From positions 14,610,620 through 14,646,388 of the forward strand of contig JARFOE010000013.1 in NCBI GenBank assembly GCA_031763465.1: DNA of 35,769 bases, in the 5' to 3' direction. Below the pieces are notes generated by a model. That model was not told the DNA's origin. It searched no databases and saw only the letters and a list, made by a program, of their open reading frames with translations. Shown here piece by piece: positions 1 to 12,918 of the stretch. Both the position numbers and the translations under genes were made by a program. This stretch comes from Squatina squatina (taxonomy: Eukaryota). The stretch's first letter is position 1. Each line of letters starts with the position of its first letter.

Positions 1-263
1 CGCTGAGCACATAAGGGTGCTGACTTCCTCCCTCAGACCTGCCACAGAGTTGAACTGTGCCACTTTGAGAGTAGACTGCTTGCTCTTGGTTGAGTTGTGT
101 GAAGAACGAGCAGAGGGCTAAAAGCAGAATGGAGAGAAAGGGATGCACACCGTCATAGGTACATATCCAACAAGCGTTCAGATTCTTGACCCAGATCCGC
201 CTATGGGCAGCAGTAACTTTTGCATCTTTTTCACCTTCACCCCTTCTCAGTTTTTCTAATCTT

Positions 264-396
264 GACGTTAAACCAAGGCCCCGTCTGCCCTCTCAGGTGG
301 ACGTAAAAGATCCCATGGCCACTATTTTTTGAAGAAGAGCAAGGGGACTTATCTCCAGTGTCCTGGCCAATATTTACCTCCCAGTCAACATCACTT
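264..396 (+). mobile_element. Deu-domain SINE central fragment (SacSINE1/AmnSINE1-like)
   Basis: GACGTTAAACCAAGGCCCCGTCTGCCCTCTCAGGTGGACGTAAAAGATCCCATGGC...GTGTCCTGGCCAATATTT resembles the recalled Deu-domain core; boundaries approximate. Confidence 0.7.
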
Positions 397-711
397 TTTT
401 AAAAAAGAGTGGAATAAACATGGGATTCCATCGTTCATGTTAAAATACACACGAAAACCCAAGTTTCAAAAGGCTAACTTCAACAGGATGGTAGTTGAGC
501 AGCTTCCATGTCATAAAGTTGTGGTGACTGCAGGGGGAGGTGGATCAAGAACTGTTGGATTTTTTGTGTAGAGATTTAAAACGAGAATTTAGCAAAACAA
601 ACACATTTGTGATATGAAATATTACTGAGCAGTCCACAGGCTTGTAGTGTAAATAGAAGTACTATTTTAGTATTAATTAGCTCAAGCTAGTAATTCTTCC
701 TTTATCTCTGA

Positions 712-1509
<798 letters not shown>

Positions 1510-1686
1510 NNNNNNNNNNNNNNNNNNNNNNNNNNNNNNNNNNNNNNNNNNNNNNNNNNNNNNNNNNNNNNNNNNNNNNNNNNNNNNNNNNNNNNNNNNN
1601 NNNNNNNNNATCACCAATTCCAAGATCGTTTTTATTCTCAACTACAAATATGTTCATGTAAAATGACACATTTTCTATCAGCTTCA

Positions 1687-1875
<189 letters not shown>

Positions 1876-2239
1876 TTAATACAACAACATCTATAACCGT
1901 CAAGGTCGGCAGGGTTTCTCTTCCTGCGCTCCAGTTGGGAACATACAGTTTGAACACAACAGGAAAAGGAGCAGGAAGGCACTCGAGCACACAGCCAATT
2001 CCTACAGCACAGCTCATTTCAATAATTGTCTACTGTTTTTCTATGAGCAAATGGAGGATTGTTACAGGTTAATATATTCTGTGGTCTCTTGGTTTTTAAA
2101 AAAATTGTGTGGCCTGAATACAGTGTTCAAATTACAATANNNNNNNNNNNNNNNNNNNNNNNNNNNNNNNNNNNNNNNNNNNNNNNNNNNNNNNNNNNNN
2201 NNNNNNNNNNNNNNNNNNNNNNNNNNNNNNNNNNNNNNN

Positions 2240-2490
2240 AAAAGAAATGCAAGAGGGGATCTTATTGAGGATTTCAAAATCATTAAGAATATCAACAAGT
2301 TGTACCCTGAGAAATGGTTTGCCATAGCCCCAAGGATGAGGTGGTGAATGGTCAGATCAAATATAACTAATTCAAAAAAGGGTGGTGAATGTTTGGAATG
2401 GACTGCCCAGGGTGGCGATCAATGCTGATAACATCAGTCAACTCAAAGTTGGAAAGGTATTTGACAAGAAAATCAAATCAATTGAACAAT
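2240..2490 (+). mobile_element. CR1-type LINE ORF2 C-terminal remnant
   Basis: RGDLIEDFKIIKNINKL resembles the CR1 RGDLIEVYKI motif, followed by a GTGGTGAATGTTTGGAAT (VVNVWN) remnant. Confidence 0.65.
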
Positions 2491-2838
2491 ATAGGTAAGT
2501 GAACTGTGTATTCAGTTTTTAAAATCATTAAAGTGGGCGTGTGGAACAGACTCCTAGCCGATTCAGTCCAATTTAAAGGTTTAACAGAAGCTGGTAAAAC
2601 ATCTGTAGAGGAGGATTGAGGGGGTCAAAGAGATATCACAGATCACTTACCATTACAGGCATTTCTAGTTAGCATCCAAATGAACAAAGCAATTAACCTT
2701 AGACTGTGCAATGCCTGACTACTAAGACATCAGCTTCCCCCCTCCCCTCAAAGCTCTGTATACAACAGGGGTCCTATAATAGGTTAATGATACTACCCCA
2801 TTTTCAAATGTTACCAGCAGTAGCTTAAACCTTGATCA

Positions 2839-3192
<354 letters not shown>

Positions 3193-3225
3193 TCATTACA
3201 TAAAATGATTTTACGCAAGAAATAC

Positions 3226-3409
3226 AAGAAAAGACAGACTTGCGTTAATACAGTGCCTTTCACGCCCACCAAATGTCCCAAAGCGCTTTACAGCCAATGA
3301 AGTACTTTTATGAAGTGTAGTCTCTTAATGTAGGAAATGTGGCAGCCAATTTGTGCACAGCAATGTGATAATGCCCAGGTAATCTGTTCTAGTGATGTTA
3401 ATTAAGGGA
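3226..3409 (-). mobile_element. Deu-domain SINE 3' part
   Basis: CCCAAAGCGCTTTACAGCCAATGAAGTACTTT...GGCAGCCAATTTGTGCACAGCAA recurs at about 11630, 28790 and 33810. Confidence 0.8.
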
Positions 3410-3649
3410 NNNNNNNNNNNNNNNNNNNNNNNNNNNNNNNNNNNNNNNNNNNNNNNNNNNNNNNNNNNNNNNNNNNNNNNNNNNNNNNNNNNNNNNNNNN
3501 NNNNNNNNNTATATATTTATTATACACATATACACACACACAGCTGAATATTAGGAAGTAGAATTTCAGAATAAAAAGAATTCCAATTGAATGTACATTA
3601 TAAACTGTATTTGACAGAAGAAAATAATTCAATTTATGAATACATACAC

Positions 3650-3790
3650 ATAAGAGCACAAGAAATAGGAGCAGGAGTAGGCCATTTGGTCCTTTCAAGC
3701 CTGCTCCGCCATTCAATAAGTTCATGGCTGATCTTCTACGTCAACTCCACCTTCCCGCATGATTCCTATATCCCGCGATTCCCCCAATAT
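3650..3790 (-). mobile_element. CR1-type (shark HER1-like) LINE 3' tail
   Basis: AAATAGGAGCAGGAGTAGGCCATT...AGCCTGCTCCGCCATTCAAT...CATGGCTGATC; near-identical copy at 26285-26374. Confidence 0.75.
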
Positions 3791-3898
3791 CCAATTTACA
3801 CAGTGCACATCTTATACATCATAGAATTTCCTTCTCTATATAGAATAATGCAGTACTTTTTAACAATAATCAGGCATACACAGTATTTTAGCACTTAC

Positions 3899-4051
3899 AA
3901 TTCCTTTAGAAAGGTAATTATTGACAAAGTCCTTCCACGTAACTTCTCTGCCAATATTCCTGAAGAAAATGTAATAAGCAACAGTTGCCCAAAATGCAGC
4001 ACCTCCTATAAAGTAAAATCGAAATTCCTTGTCATCCCATGGAATATCACC
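3899..4051 (-). CDS. AFG3L2: AFG3L2 exon, TM1 and start of intermembrane-space domain (153 nt)
   Basis: ttctag|GGT...ATT|gtaagt; [51 protein letters not shown]. Not in ORF track. Confidence 0.94.
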
Positions 4052-4312
4052 CTAGAAAGTAAAAATAAAGGGATCTTAAATAGTATGTGATGTAAGCGAA
4101 GTATAACATTCATCAATACAAATCAAGTGAAGTGTTTATATGCAATAAACATCTGCTCTACTGAAATACTAAATATTAAACCAATTGCATATGCAAGCTA
4201 CATAGGAGTATTTCCTGGAGCAACCAATGCTCAAGCACCAGACACCCACTACAAATCTTATTTCTAGACGCCACTGACATTCACAGTTGGAATTCACCGA
4301 GGTCAAATCCCA

Positions 4313-4397
4313 TACAACAATGCATTTATATAGCACCTTTAACATAGTAAAATGTCATAAGGCGTTTCACAGGAGCGTTATCAAAGAAAATTTGACT
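4313..4397 (-). mobile_element. L2-type LINE 3' tail fragment
   Basis: CAACAATGCATTTATATAGCACCTTTAAC...GGCGTTTCACAGGAG; a similar tail starts at about 15728. Confidence 0.55.
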
Positions 4398-4424
4398 TCT
4401 CTCACATTGCTCCAGCACACAGAG

Positions 4425-4796
4425 AGTACGGTAGCATAGTAGTATTGTTACTGGACTAGTATCCAAAGGCCTGGACTAATGATCCAGAAACACGAATTCA
4501 AATCCCACCACGGCAGTGGGGGAATTTAAATTCAATGAATGAAATCTGTAATTAAAATAAACTAGCATACAACTAGAATAGTAACCATGAAACTATCGAA
4601 TGGTCATAAAAGCTCATCTGGTTCACTAATGTCCTTTAGGGAAGGAAATCTGCCGTCGTTACCCGGTCTGGCCTATATGTGACTCCAGATCCACAGATAT
4701 GCTTGAATCATAACTGCCCTCCGAAGTGGCCTAGCAAGCCAATTATTCAAGATGGCAGCTCACCACCACCTTCATGTGAATGAATTAAAAAAAACA
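4425..4796 (+). mobile_element. tRNA-derived SINE, second family, copy 1
   Basis: GGTAGCATAGT A-box-like head, TTCAAATCCCAC B-box-like motif, core CTAATGTCCTTTAGGGAAGGAAATCT...GGTCTGGCCTATATGTGAC, A-rich end; homologous to 9460-9820. Confidence 0.8.
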
Positions 4797-5062
4797 CACT
4801 TGGCTGATGGTGAACTAAGCAAGAATACCGACGATATTCACAGACTGGCCTTTCTATCTGTGACAACATGGATGTGGGGGCTAACCCAGCATGGAGTGCA
4901 GGTAGAAAACACAGTCACACACGAGCATTTTACAGTTCCGAAAGAAAACATGTCTTTGAAGTAATAAGGTACAGTGCCTGTTATCATTCTATGGTCTCTC
5001 TCGACAAAACTACCTACAAGTTCAGTGGAATTCAATTTTAGCGATTTACCAGTTGTAGAGAT

Positions 5063-5433
5063 TATTATTTTTTTTTAAATTAGTTCCTGGGATGTGGGCG
5101 TCACTGACAAGGCCAACATTTATTGCCCATCCCTAATTGCCCTCGTGGTGAGCCTCCTTCTTGAACCACTACAGCTCATGTGGTGAAGGTACTCAGTGCT
5201 GTTCGGAAGGGATTTCCAGGATTCTGACCCAGCCACGATGAAGGAACGGCAATATATTTCCAAGTTAGGATGGTGTGTAACTTGAAGGTGATGATGTTCC
5301 CATGCATCTGCTGCCCTTGTCCTTCTAGGTGGTAGAGGTCGCAGGTTTGGGAGGTGCAGATGCACTTGTCCTTGCCACACACGTGGTTGTATTCATGATC
5401 AGGGGCTTTTGGTTTATGTTGATCAAATTAGTG
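5063..5433 (-). mobile_element. Non-LTR LINE (CR1/L2 group) 3' end
   Basis: Minus frame RSFIVAGSESWKSLPNS (WNSLP-type ORF2 terminus), then GGGCAATTAGGGATGGGCAATAAA and an A-rich tail. Confidence 0.7.
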
Positions 5434-5533
5434 NNNNNNNNNNNNNNNNNNNNNNNNNNNNNNNNNNNNNNNNNNNNNNNNNNNNNNNNNNNNNNNNNNN
5501 NNNNNNNNNNNNNNNNNNNNNNNNNNNNNNNNN

Positions 5534-5759
<226 letters not shown>

Positions 5760-6500
5760 TAAGGTCCGAGATCTCCATTTATATAGATTTGTTACTGCAC
5801 GGATTTCTAGAAGTCTGGCCCAATCGATCTGTTAAAAAGGTTGGTGCAGAGTAAACTAGTTTGNNNNNNNNNNTTAAACTGAAATAGTTTCCCATATGAA
5901 GATTGATGTAGTGACTTAGACATTGATTTGTCATTTGAATTGCCTTAATAAACTTAGTGTTTAATTCATAATTAATGATGTCAATAGCATTAGTTCCAGG
6001 ATTATGATGAGAATGTTAGGTAATCTGATTGAAAGTAGGTATCTGATTTGCAGTGTAAAACTGCAAGTCAACCTGCCTAATTCATTTTTCTTTACAAGTA
6101 TAACATTCCTCCGTGTTGGCGCAAACACCAATTAGCTACACTAGGAAGTTTCCAGGCTTGGTGTAAATATTTTGTATCTAGCTAGCCTTGGAACAATTTG
6201 TAATCAGATTATAAATGTGGTAATGTTGTGCTGTAAGAATTTCCTCACCTACGTTAGTGCACTGCCTACTACACTAAAATGGGTATAAGCACATAGCCCT
6301 GGTAATTACATTTTCTTTTGCAGATTTAAAAAAAAAACTGTAAAAGACTTGTATGAGGTTAAATGCTCTTAACTCCTTACATTTGCATTACATTCTAGTT
6401 TTGCAATCAGTGGAATTTGACATTACACAGAAATTGGAGCGCAATAAATGTAACAGTGGGGTAGTTTCACATAGTAACCCATGTAATGTGTTTTTGCTAG

Positions 6501-6599
<99 letters not shown>

Positions 6600-8182
6600 T
6601 GAATTTGAAATTTCTAATACAATGGAATATCTATAGTAATGTACATTTCGTAATGCTTTTTTTCTTCCNNNNNNNNNNNNNNNNNNNNNNNNNNNNNNNN
6701 NNNNNNNNNNNNNNNNNNNNNNNNNNNNNNNNNNNNNNNNNNNNNNNNNNNNNNNNNNNNNNNNNNNNGAAGCGAAATACAATATCCTCAGGGTGATCCA
6801 CATCCATTTTAAACGACGTAAAAGGTGAATATTCTCCAGGGTCCTGTGGTTGGTAAGTGCTCAAAAGTCAATAGGAATTGATAACCTTCCTAATCCTGAG
6901 TTCAATATGTGTCTGCACAGTGAAAACGGGCTGGTCATATCGCTATTGCTAAATGAGAGACAATATTCTTTCTCAAGATTACAGTGTGTTTTTTTTAATT
7001 AATGCATGAACAGTCATTGCATTTACATAGAACTTACAGGAAACTCAGTAGTACAAGTGGACTGAATAGCAGGTCTTGTTCACATCAGCTCTACAGTCTA
7101 ATTTAGAAACGATATAATGCAGCACATACAGGTGCACAGATTGGTGAAGGGGGAAATGGAGTGAATGGGGGTGGGCGAGTTATGGCAATCCATTCCTTAA
7201 ATATTCAGGCTAGTAATCAATAAGCCAAGACTGGAAGGCAACAGTTGGGTTAGCTATGGATTTATTGCGTTGCGCTGGCCTGATCAGCTGAGTGGGTATC
7301 TGGTCACAATGCTGCTTTCATGGAGAAATCCTTTTAATTTCAAATAAGTTTCAGAAGAGAGCGTGCGTGGATCAAGTACTTCATATAAGTGCAAAAACTG
7401 TCTCGTATAAGCTGGCATTCAAGTGTTCAATACAGGTCTAGCATCAGTTTGAGAAATACTGACAATTTTCTGGTGCCTTTATGAAAACCAAGAGGGGTAG
7501 CGTCACAAATCGTCATTATCCAGTTAAAAAATAAAAACGCTTTTTTTAAAATCATAGAAAAGTGAGCTCCCAGTCACCCTCATATCCAAAACTATCTTTC
7601 TCCCTAAACTATAAACCTTGGACACAAAGTTTAAGTTAAAAAAAAAAATTGACTACATCGAATAAGATCATTACCTCGGAAGATGTTCCAGTTTAAACTA
7701 AGACTGTTTGTAGTATATTCCATGTACATATACCGCACAGATTAAATATTATACAAGTTGTCAATTTTCAACTGCTGCAAGTGGCGTTAGATGTCCACTC
7801 CAAAACCCACCTGTTAATAAAATATATTACAATTATGTACAAGTAACCAACATTGTTTCATGTTTGATAAGACCCATTCACAAAGATATGTCCATATAAA
7901 TGAATTCTGGCTTTTGTTATTAGGTGAAAGCTACATACATAGGAATTTTAGCATAGTCAGCCCATGTTCCTGTGTTTTATGGATCCAGTTATTTCATTCT
8001 GAGATGCCAGTTCAACAAANNNNNNNNNNNNNNNNNNNNNNNNNNNNNNNNNNNNNNNNNNNNNNNNNNNNNNNNNNNNNNNNNNNNNNNNNNNNNNNNN
8101 NNNNNNNNNNNNNNNNNNNGAAGAACTATGAGAGGGATTGACAAACTGGTGGAAACAAATTTCTTCAAAAGACTAAACAAAC

Positions 8183-8320
8183 CTTTCCCTTCTTCAGGGC
8201 TGTGTAGACGTCCTTGTACTGCTGGTACTTCTCCAGTTCTGCTTTCACTAACACCTGTCGGATGTGCATCACTTCCTCCACAGTCAGTGCCAGGCACTCC
8301 ACCGGATAGCAGAACTCCTC
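8183..8320 (-). CDS. SPIRE1: SPIRE1 exon, Spir-box (138 nt)
   Basis: ttacag|GAG...AAG|gtttgt; [46 protein letters not shown]. Confidence 0.95.
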
Positions 8321-8477
8321 CTGTAACACACGTGGCGTATTAGCTGCTAACCATTCACCGTTCTCTTTAAGAATCCAACAGTCAGTTAGCACATTTGTTT
8401 TTAATTTGTATTTTTGTTGTTGCTGGTGTAAAAATCATTCCAAATCAGATCAGGAAAGGCGGTTAACGGATACATGG

Positions 8478-8692
8478 GCACTACTCGCTAATCTGCTCCA
8501 GCCCTACAACCCTCCGAGATCTCTGCGCTCTTCCAGTTCTGGCCTCTTGAACATCCCCGATTTTAATGGCTCAACTACTAGTGGCCCTGCCTTCAGTTGT
8601 CAAGGCCCTAAGCTCTGGAATTTCCTCCCTAAACCTCTCCGCCCCTCTCTCTCCTCCTTTAAGTTGCTCCTCAAAACCTACCTCTATGACCA
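8478..8692 (+). mobile_element. L2-clade LINE ORF2 C-terminal fragment
   Basis: LLQPYNPPRSLRSSSSGLL...AFSCQGPKLWNFLP...SLSSFKLLLKTYL, a typical L2 post-RT motif series. Confidence 0.8.
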
Positions 8693-8809
8693 TAAAATGT
8701 GGAACTCCTNNNNNNNNNNNNNNNNNNNNNNNNNNNNNNNNNNNNNNNNNNNNNNNNNNNNNNNNNNNNNNNNNNNNNNNNNNNNNNNNNNNNNNNNNNN
8801 NNNNNNNNN

Positions 8810-8900
8810 GGTGAGCCGCTCGCTGCAAAATACCCAGCCTCTGACCTGCTGCAGTAGCCACAGTATTTATGTGGCTGGTCAATAGTGACCCCCAGGATGT
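8810..8900 (-). mobile_element. LINE ORF2 fragment
   Basis: TSHINTVATAAGQRLGILQR resembles the LINE post-RT (W..HI...A..RLG.L.R) motif. Confidence 0.55.
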
Positions 8901-9080
8901 TACATAGTATTATACTTTATTTACAACACAAAAAAAGGCCAAGTTGCTGTTCCACATTTCCTGGAGATTACATTAAAAGACAGCACTGGCAGAAATTCGG
9001 AAGCGGGTTACCAACACACTCTGCTCCCAGCCACGCCTCCTCTTTACCTGCCAGCCGACGGCACGGGGATGACCTCTTAC

Positions 9081-9206
9081 CTCTTTAGCACTTTTAATTT
9101 TGGCCAAGAAGGTCCGTAACTCCATGGACTCTGCAAACAGTGCCCGGCACACGGCCTGGTAATGGTTCGGAGCCTCCGGCGGGGTCGTTAGGTGAGCAGC
9201 ACACAA
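9081..9206 (-). CDS. SPIRE1: SPIRE1 exon, C-terminal part of KIND domain (126 nt)
   Basis: cgtcag|TTG...GAG|gtaaga; [42 protein letters not shown]. Confidence 0.95.
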
Positions 9207-9459
9207 CTGACGAGAAAAAAGAGGAAGACGAACATTAGCCAGGTACCCTTCGCTCCACCCGACTGAAAACCTGAATCGTTAACCTAGCTTTTCTATCTCA
9301 GACCCACATGCGTATTTCTGTGTTTTTATGTCAGATTTTCAACAGTCATGAATTTCCTCTGACCTTAACTGTACAGCTTTTGCTGTCCTTCCTTACAGTG
9401 TTATTTGGCCTAGTAGGACATGACAACACATAGAACTGAGCTGTCTTCAACCAACAGCT

Positions 9460-9820
9460 GGGGCTATGGTAGCATAGTGGTTATGTTGGTGAACAAGCAG
9501 TCCAGTAGGCCTAGACTAATGATTTGATGAGACATGAGTTCAAATCCCACACACAACAGCTGGGGAATTTAAATTGAATTAATTTAATAAATCTGGAATG
9601 AAAATCTAGTATCAATAACAATGACCATGAAAAATGATTGTTGTAAAAATCCATCTGGCTCTCTCTAATGTCCTTTAGGGAGGGCAATCTTACCATCCTT
9701 ACCTGGTCTGGCCTATATGTGACACCAGACCTACAGCAATATGGTTGACTCTGAAATGGTCTAGCAAGCCACATTCAAGAAGGCCACTGATCACAACCTT
9801 CTCAAGGGCAAGTAGGGATA
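9460..9820 (+). mobile_element. tRNA-derived SINE, second family, copy 2
   Basis: GGTAGCATAGTGG head, GAGTTCAAATCCC B box, same core as 4425-4796, tail CCTTCTCAAGGGCAAGTAGGGAT. Confidence 0.8.
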
Positions 9821-10055
9821 GAACATAGAACATAGAAAATACAGCANNNNNNNNNNNNNNNNNNNNNNNNNNNNNNNNNNNNNNNNNNNNNNNNNNNNNN
9901 NNNNNNNNNNNNNNNNNNNNNNNNNNNNNNNNNNNNNNNNNNNNNNGCCCCATTAATTTCCCTAGCACTATTTCTTTGTCTCCATGCAGTCATTGACAAA
10001 ATAACTAACCTCCAAATGCAAAGATTTAATCAAGATAATATAATGGAATTCTTAC

Positions 10056-10241
10056 CTACACCCAATAGCTCGACAGACATGTTCATTTTTCCATCTGGTG
10101 AACTCAGCAGAGACCGCCATTCCAAGTAGTACGATGCCATTAGTGTTGTTTCACCAGCGGTATCGGTCTTTATAAGAACCATGTGCACAGGATCACATAT
10201 TGATAATAAAGTCGTTGCATCAGCCATCTTACTGCCATCAC
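10056..10241 (-). CDS. CEP76: CEP76 exon (186 nt)
   Basis: tctag|GT GAT...GTA G|gtaaga; GDGSKMADATTLLSICDPVHMVLIKTDTAGETTLMASYYLEWRSLL...VELLGVG. Confidence 0.94.
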
Positions 10242-10452
10242 CTAGATATGATCAGCCAGGAAGAAATAAAAGTCAGATCACGTGACCTGCAGACCAAGTT
10301 CTTTGGGAGCCAGAATTTGTTAATACAATAAGCAGCTCTAGGTGATAATTGGAGAATGCTCCGTTTTGTAACTAAGGAGAATGTAGACAACCTTCACAAT
10401 CTGATAAAGTAACCTGCTGCTTAACAGCATTCTCCTGCGCTTATAATATCCA

Positions 10453-10911
10453 ATGGCCCAGAATTTGCGGTGGGTAATGACGACGAACTACCAGCGGTCA
10501 CCATCATTACCCCTCTGAAACTGACGTTTAGATGCGCAGGCGCTAAATCCTGAAGTTGCTCTGATTCATTCACTGCTCCGACACTGGCTACACTGTGGAA
10601 TACCACTCCCCCCATAACCAGCAACCAGTGAAATTGATGAAAACTTGGGCTTTTCCACGGTAATAACGCTGTTAAACACCCTATTAAATGTTAAACCTCG
10701 TTGGAGTAGGAGTAACTAGGGTTTTAACAGGATATAGACCGATATGACCCTGAAAAACTAATTATATATTTGTGGAGTGTTAAATTTCTCCATTATGATA
10801 AAAATTACAATTAAAAAAAAAAAGGCTTGTTCATGATATTTCAGATTCTACCTTATCGCCATGTGAGAATCCCAATCTTTATTTCGCTCTCAGTAACATT
10901 TTTTAAAAGTG
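10453..10911. repeat. Probable non-autonomous DNA-transposon-like repeat
   Basis: Abrupt start GGCCCAGAATTTGCG with a CpG-richer interior inside a CEP76 intron, running into a contig break; family not identified. Confidence 0.35.
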
Positions 10912-11029
10912 NNNNNNNNNNNNNNNNNNNNNNNNNNNNNNNNNNNNNNNNNNNNNNNNNNNNNNNNNNNNNNNNNNNNNNNNNNNNNNNNNNNNNNNNN
11001 NNNNNNNNNNNGCTCCAAAGTCACCCGTC

Positions 11030-11285
11030 TCTCAGAAGGCTCTGTCTCTTGTTGGGACTGAGGCTCTCCAGGTAGCTGCAGTCTTCTACTATCGTGATTG
11101 AGAACATCAACCCCAACACATTTTCCCCTTGGGCTAGCTCAGGTGACTGAGGCTATTTGTAGAGCCCAACTTCTCCCCAGCTAGTACCACTTGACTCAGC
11201 AGAGACTTCGCACTGAGCCTGGAATGGTCAGTATGTCTGTACGGTACCACAGGGCCATGCACTTACCAACTAAACCATTGAGGGA
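11030..11285 (-). mobile_element. Old SINE-like repeat, third family
   Basis: Minus strand begins TGGTTTAGTTGG (A-box-like) and is loosely colinear with the minus strand of 13600-13910; highly diverged. Confidence 0.4.
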
Positions 11286-11363
11286 AACCAGTTACCTCTT
11301 TTAAGTTGTACCCGATGGATCGAATTTACAAACAAACCTGAAGTTAGCTGCACTGTTCCTCAC

Positions 11364-11588
11364 CTAAACTGGCTTTGTGAACTTCCAGCAGAAATCCATC
11401 CTGCATATCAGGCTCGCAGGCACACGGCACAGGCTTGGAGCGGAAACGTTGGTTTCGGAAATGTAAGAAGAGCGTAAATGTAGAGCACACTTGTCCCGGT
11501 AAAGGTTGTGGTTCCTGCAAATGCTCCAGGAAAGCTTTACCACCTAAAACCTGAATGTATAGGTTTCTTCTGGTAGGATCAATATTTG
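11364..11588 (-). CDS. CEP76: CEP76 exon, start of C2 domain (225 nt)
   Basis: ttccag|CA AAT...TTA G|gtgagg; NIDPTRRNLYIQVLGGKAFLEHLQEPQPLPGQVCSTFTLFLHFRNQRFRSKPVPCACEPDMQDGFLLEVHKASLG; phase 1 joins the 10241 exon. Not in ORF track. Confidence 0.95.
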
Positions 11589-11626
11589 CTGGAATGTGAA
11601 TGGGAGAACATGAATGGCTTTACTAA

Positions 11627-11743
11627 AAGAAAGAACATGCATTTATATAGCGCCTTTCACATCCCAAAGTGCTGTACAGCCAATGAAGTACTTCTGAAAG
11701 GTAGTCGCTGTTGTAATGTTGGAAACGTACAGCCAATTTGCAC
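11627..11743 (-). mobile_element. Deu-domain SINE 3' part
   Basis: TGCATTTATATAGCGCCTTTCAC...ACAGCCAATGAAGTACTT. Confidence 0.8.
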
Positions 11744-12869
11744 NNNNNNNNNNNNNNNNNNNNNNNNNNNNNNNNNNNNNNNNNNNNNNNNNNNNNNNNN
11801 NNNNNNNNNNNNNNNNNNNNNNNNNNNNNNNNNNNNNNNNNNNAGAACACAGGCATTGTACGAAATTGTTTTCTTTTTTAAAAACGGGTCAGAAAGTGAA
11901 GGACCTAATTGGTAATGTTGAAGTCATTTTGAGAACTTACCTAATTCCAATTATTTTTAATATTTTGGACAAGTTACTTTTTTCCTAAATGTTGTTACAT
12001 TTTTTAAAAATCGGCAGGTTCTTCATTTTTTCCCCCTCAGAGTAACCAAAGCTACATATTAAACCTTTTAAAGAATTAAACTAATAAAGAAAGACAGACT
12101 TTATAAATGCAAGTCTTACTTTCTTTAAACTAATACTGGTCCAACTGGGTGACAGCTGAATGACAGGCAAAAGAAATTGTGAATATTCTGTTGCATTTTT
12201 AAACACTGACCGAGCAAGTCGTCTTCACTGCAAAGTTACATTTACAACTGAGAATTCTGTTACATACAAACCGACCAACAACCCCCCAACCAAGGAGGCA
12301 AGTGTCAAGCGCTGCATTTTCAGCTTTTTACCGTAGCATTACAGGATAATCATTTTTAGGAAAATAAAGTAAGTAGATTTTTTTTCTTTATGTATTACTT
12401 TGCAAACTCTTGTTTACAAAAAGGACAAAGCACATGGTAGGCATTCATAAATTCTATGCCACTGTGTTAAAATTTATGTCATTTATACATTATCATACAT
12501 TATTAACAATGTCTTTTTTTCTACCCATTGGGTAGGATATGTGCATAATATATTCAAGTTATATACAGCACCTTACAAATAAACATAAAAGAGACAAACA
12601 AAAGAAGCACCNNNNNNNNNNNNNNNNNNNNNNNNNNNNNNNNNNNNNNNNNNNNNNNNNNNNNNNNNNNNNNNNNNNNNNNNNNNNNNNNNNNNNNNNN
12701 NNNGGCACCTTATCTGCTCACAGACTAGTAACATGCAAACCTCCTCAAAAATATATATAGATCGGTTTCTACCACAGCTGACACAGAAAGCATAAAGAGG
12801 CTTCTTCACGCACCAACTGTCTTATGATATACCGTATGATTATTGTAAGCTGACATACAAATTATCGAA

Positions 12870-12918
12870 AGCAATAGCAGCAATAGAAGCAGCAGCGGTA
12901 GGAGCAGCGGCAGCAGCA
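12870..12918. repeat. Imperfect (GCA)n-type trinucleotide repeat
   Basis: AGCAATAGCAGCAATAGAAGCAGCAGCGGTAGGAGCAGCGGCAGCAGCA. Confidence 0.7.

Noticed and set aside
329-571. 80-aa ORF upstream of the tubulin exon
   Set aside because: Overlaps a SINE fragment in a TUBB6 intron; no recognisable homology.
3587-4090. 167-aa plus-strand ORF
   Set aside because: LINE tail plus the antisense of an AFG3L2 exon.
6769-8019. Possible exon ending TTG|GTAAGT at about 6852
   Set aside because: All plus frames have stops and nothing matches PRELID3A or SPIRE1; more likely UTR or intergenic, unassigned.
9250-9345. Hammerhead ribozyme in a Penelope pLTR-like remnant
   Set aside because: No intact CTGANGA/GAAA core.
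12120-12155. 36-nt minus-strand microexon LSPSWTSISLKK as a CEP76 exon
   Set aside because: Wrong phase for the phase-1 CEP76 exon, and the apparent donor is part of a SINE tail.
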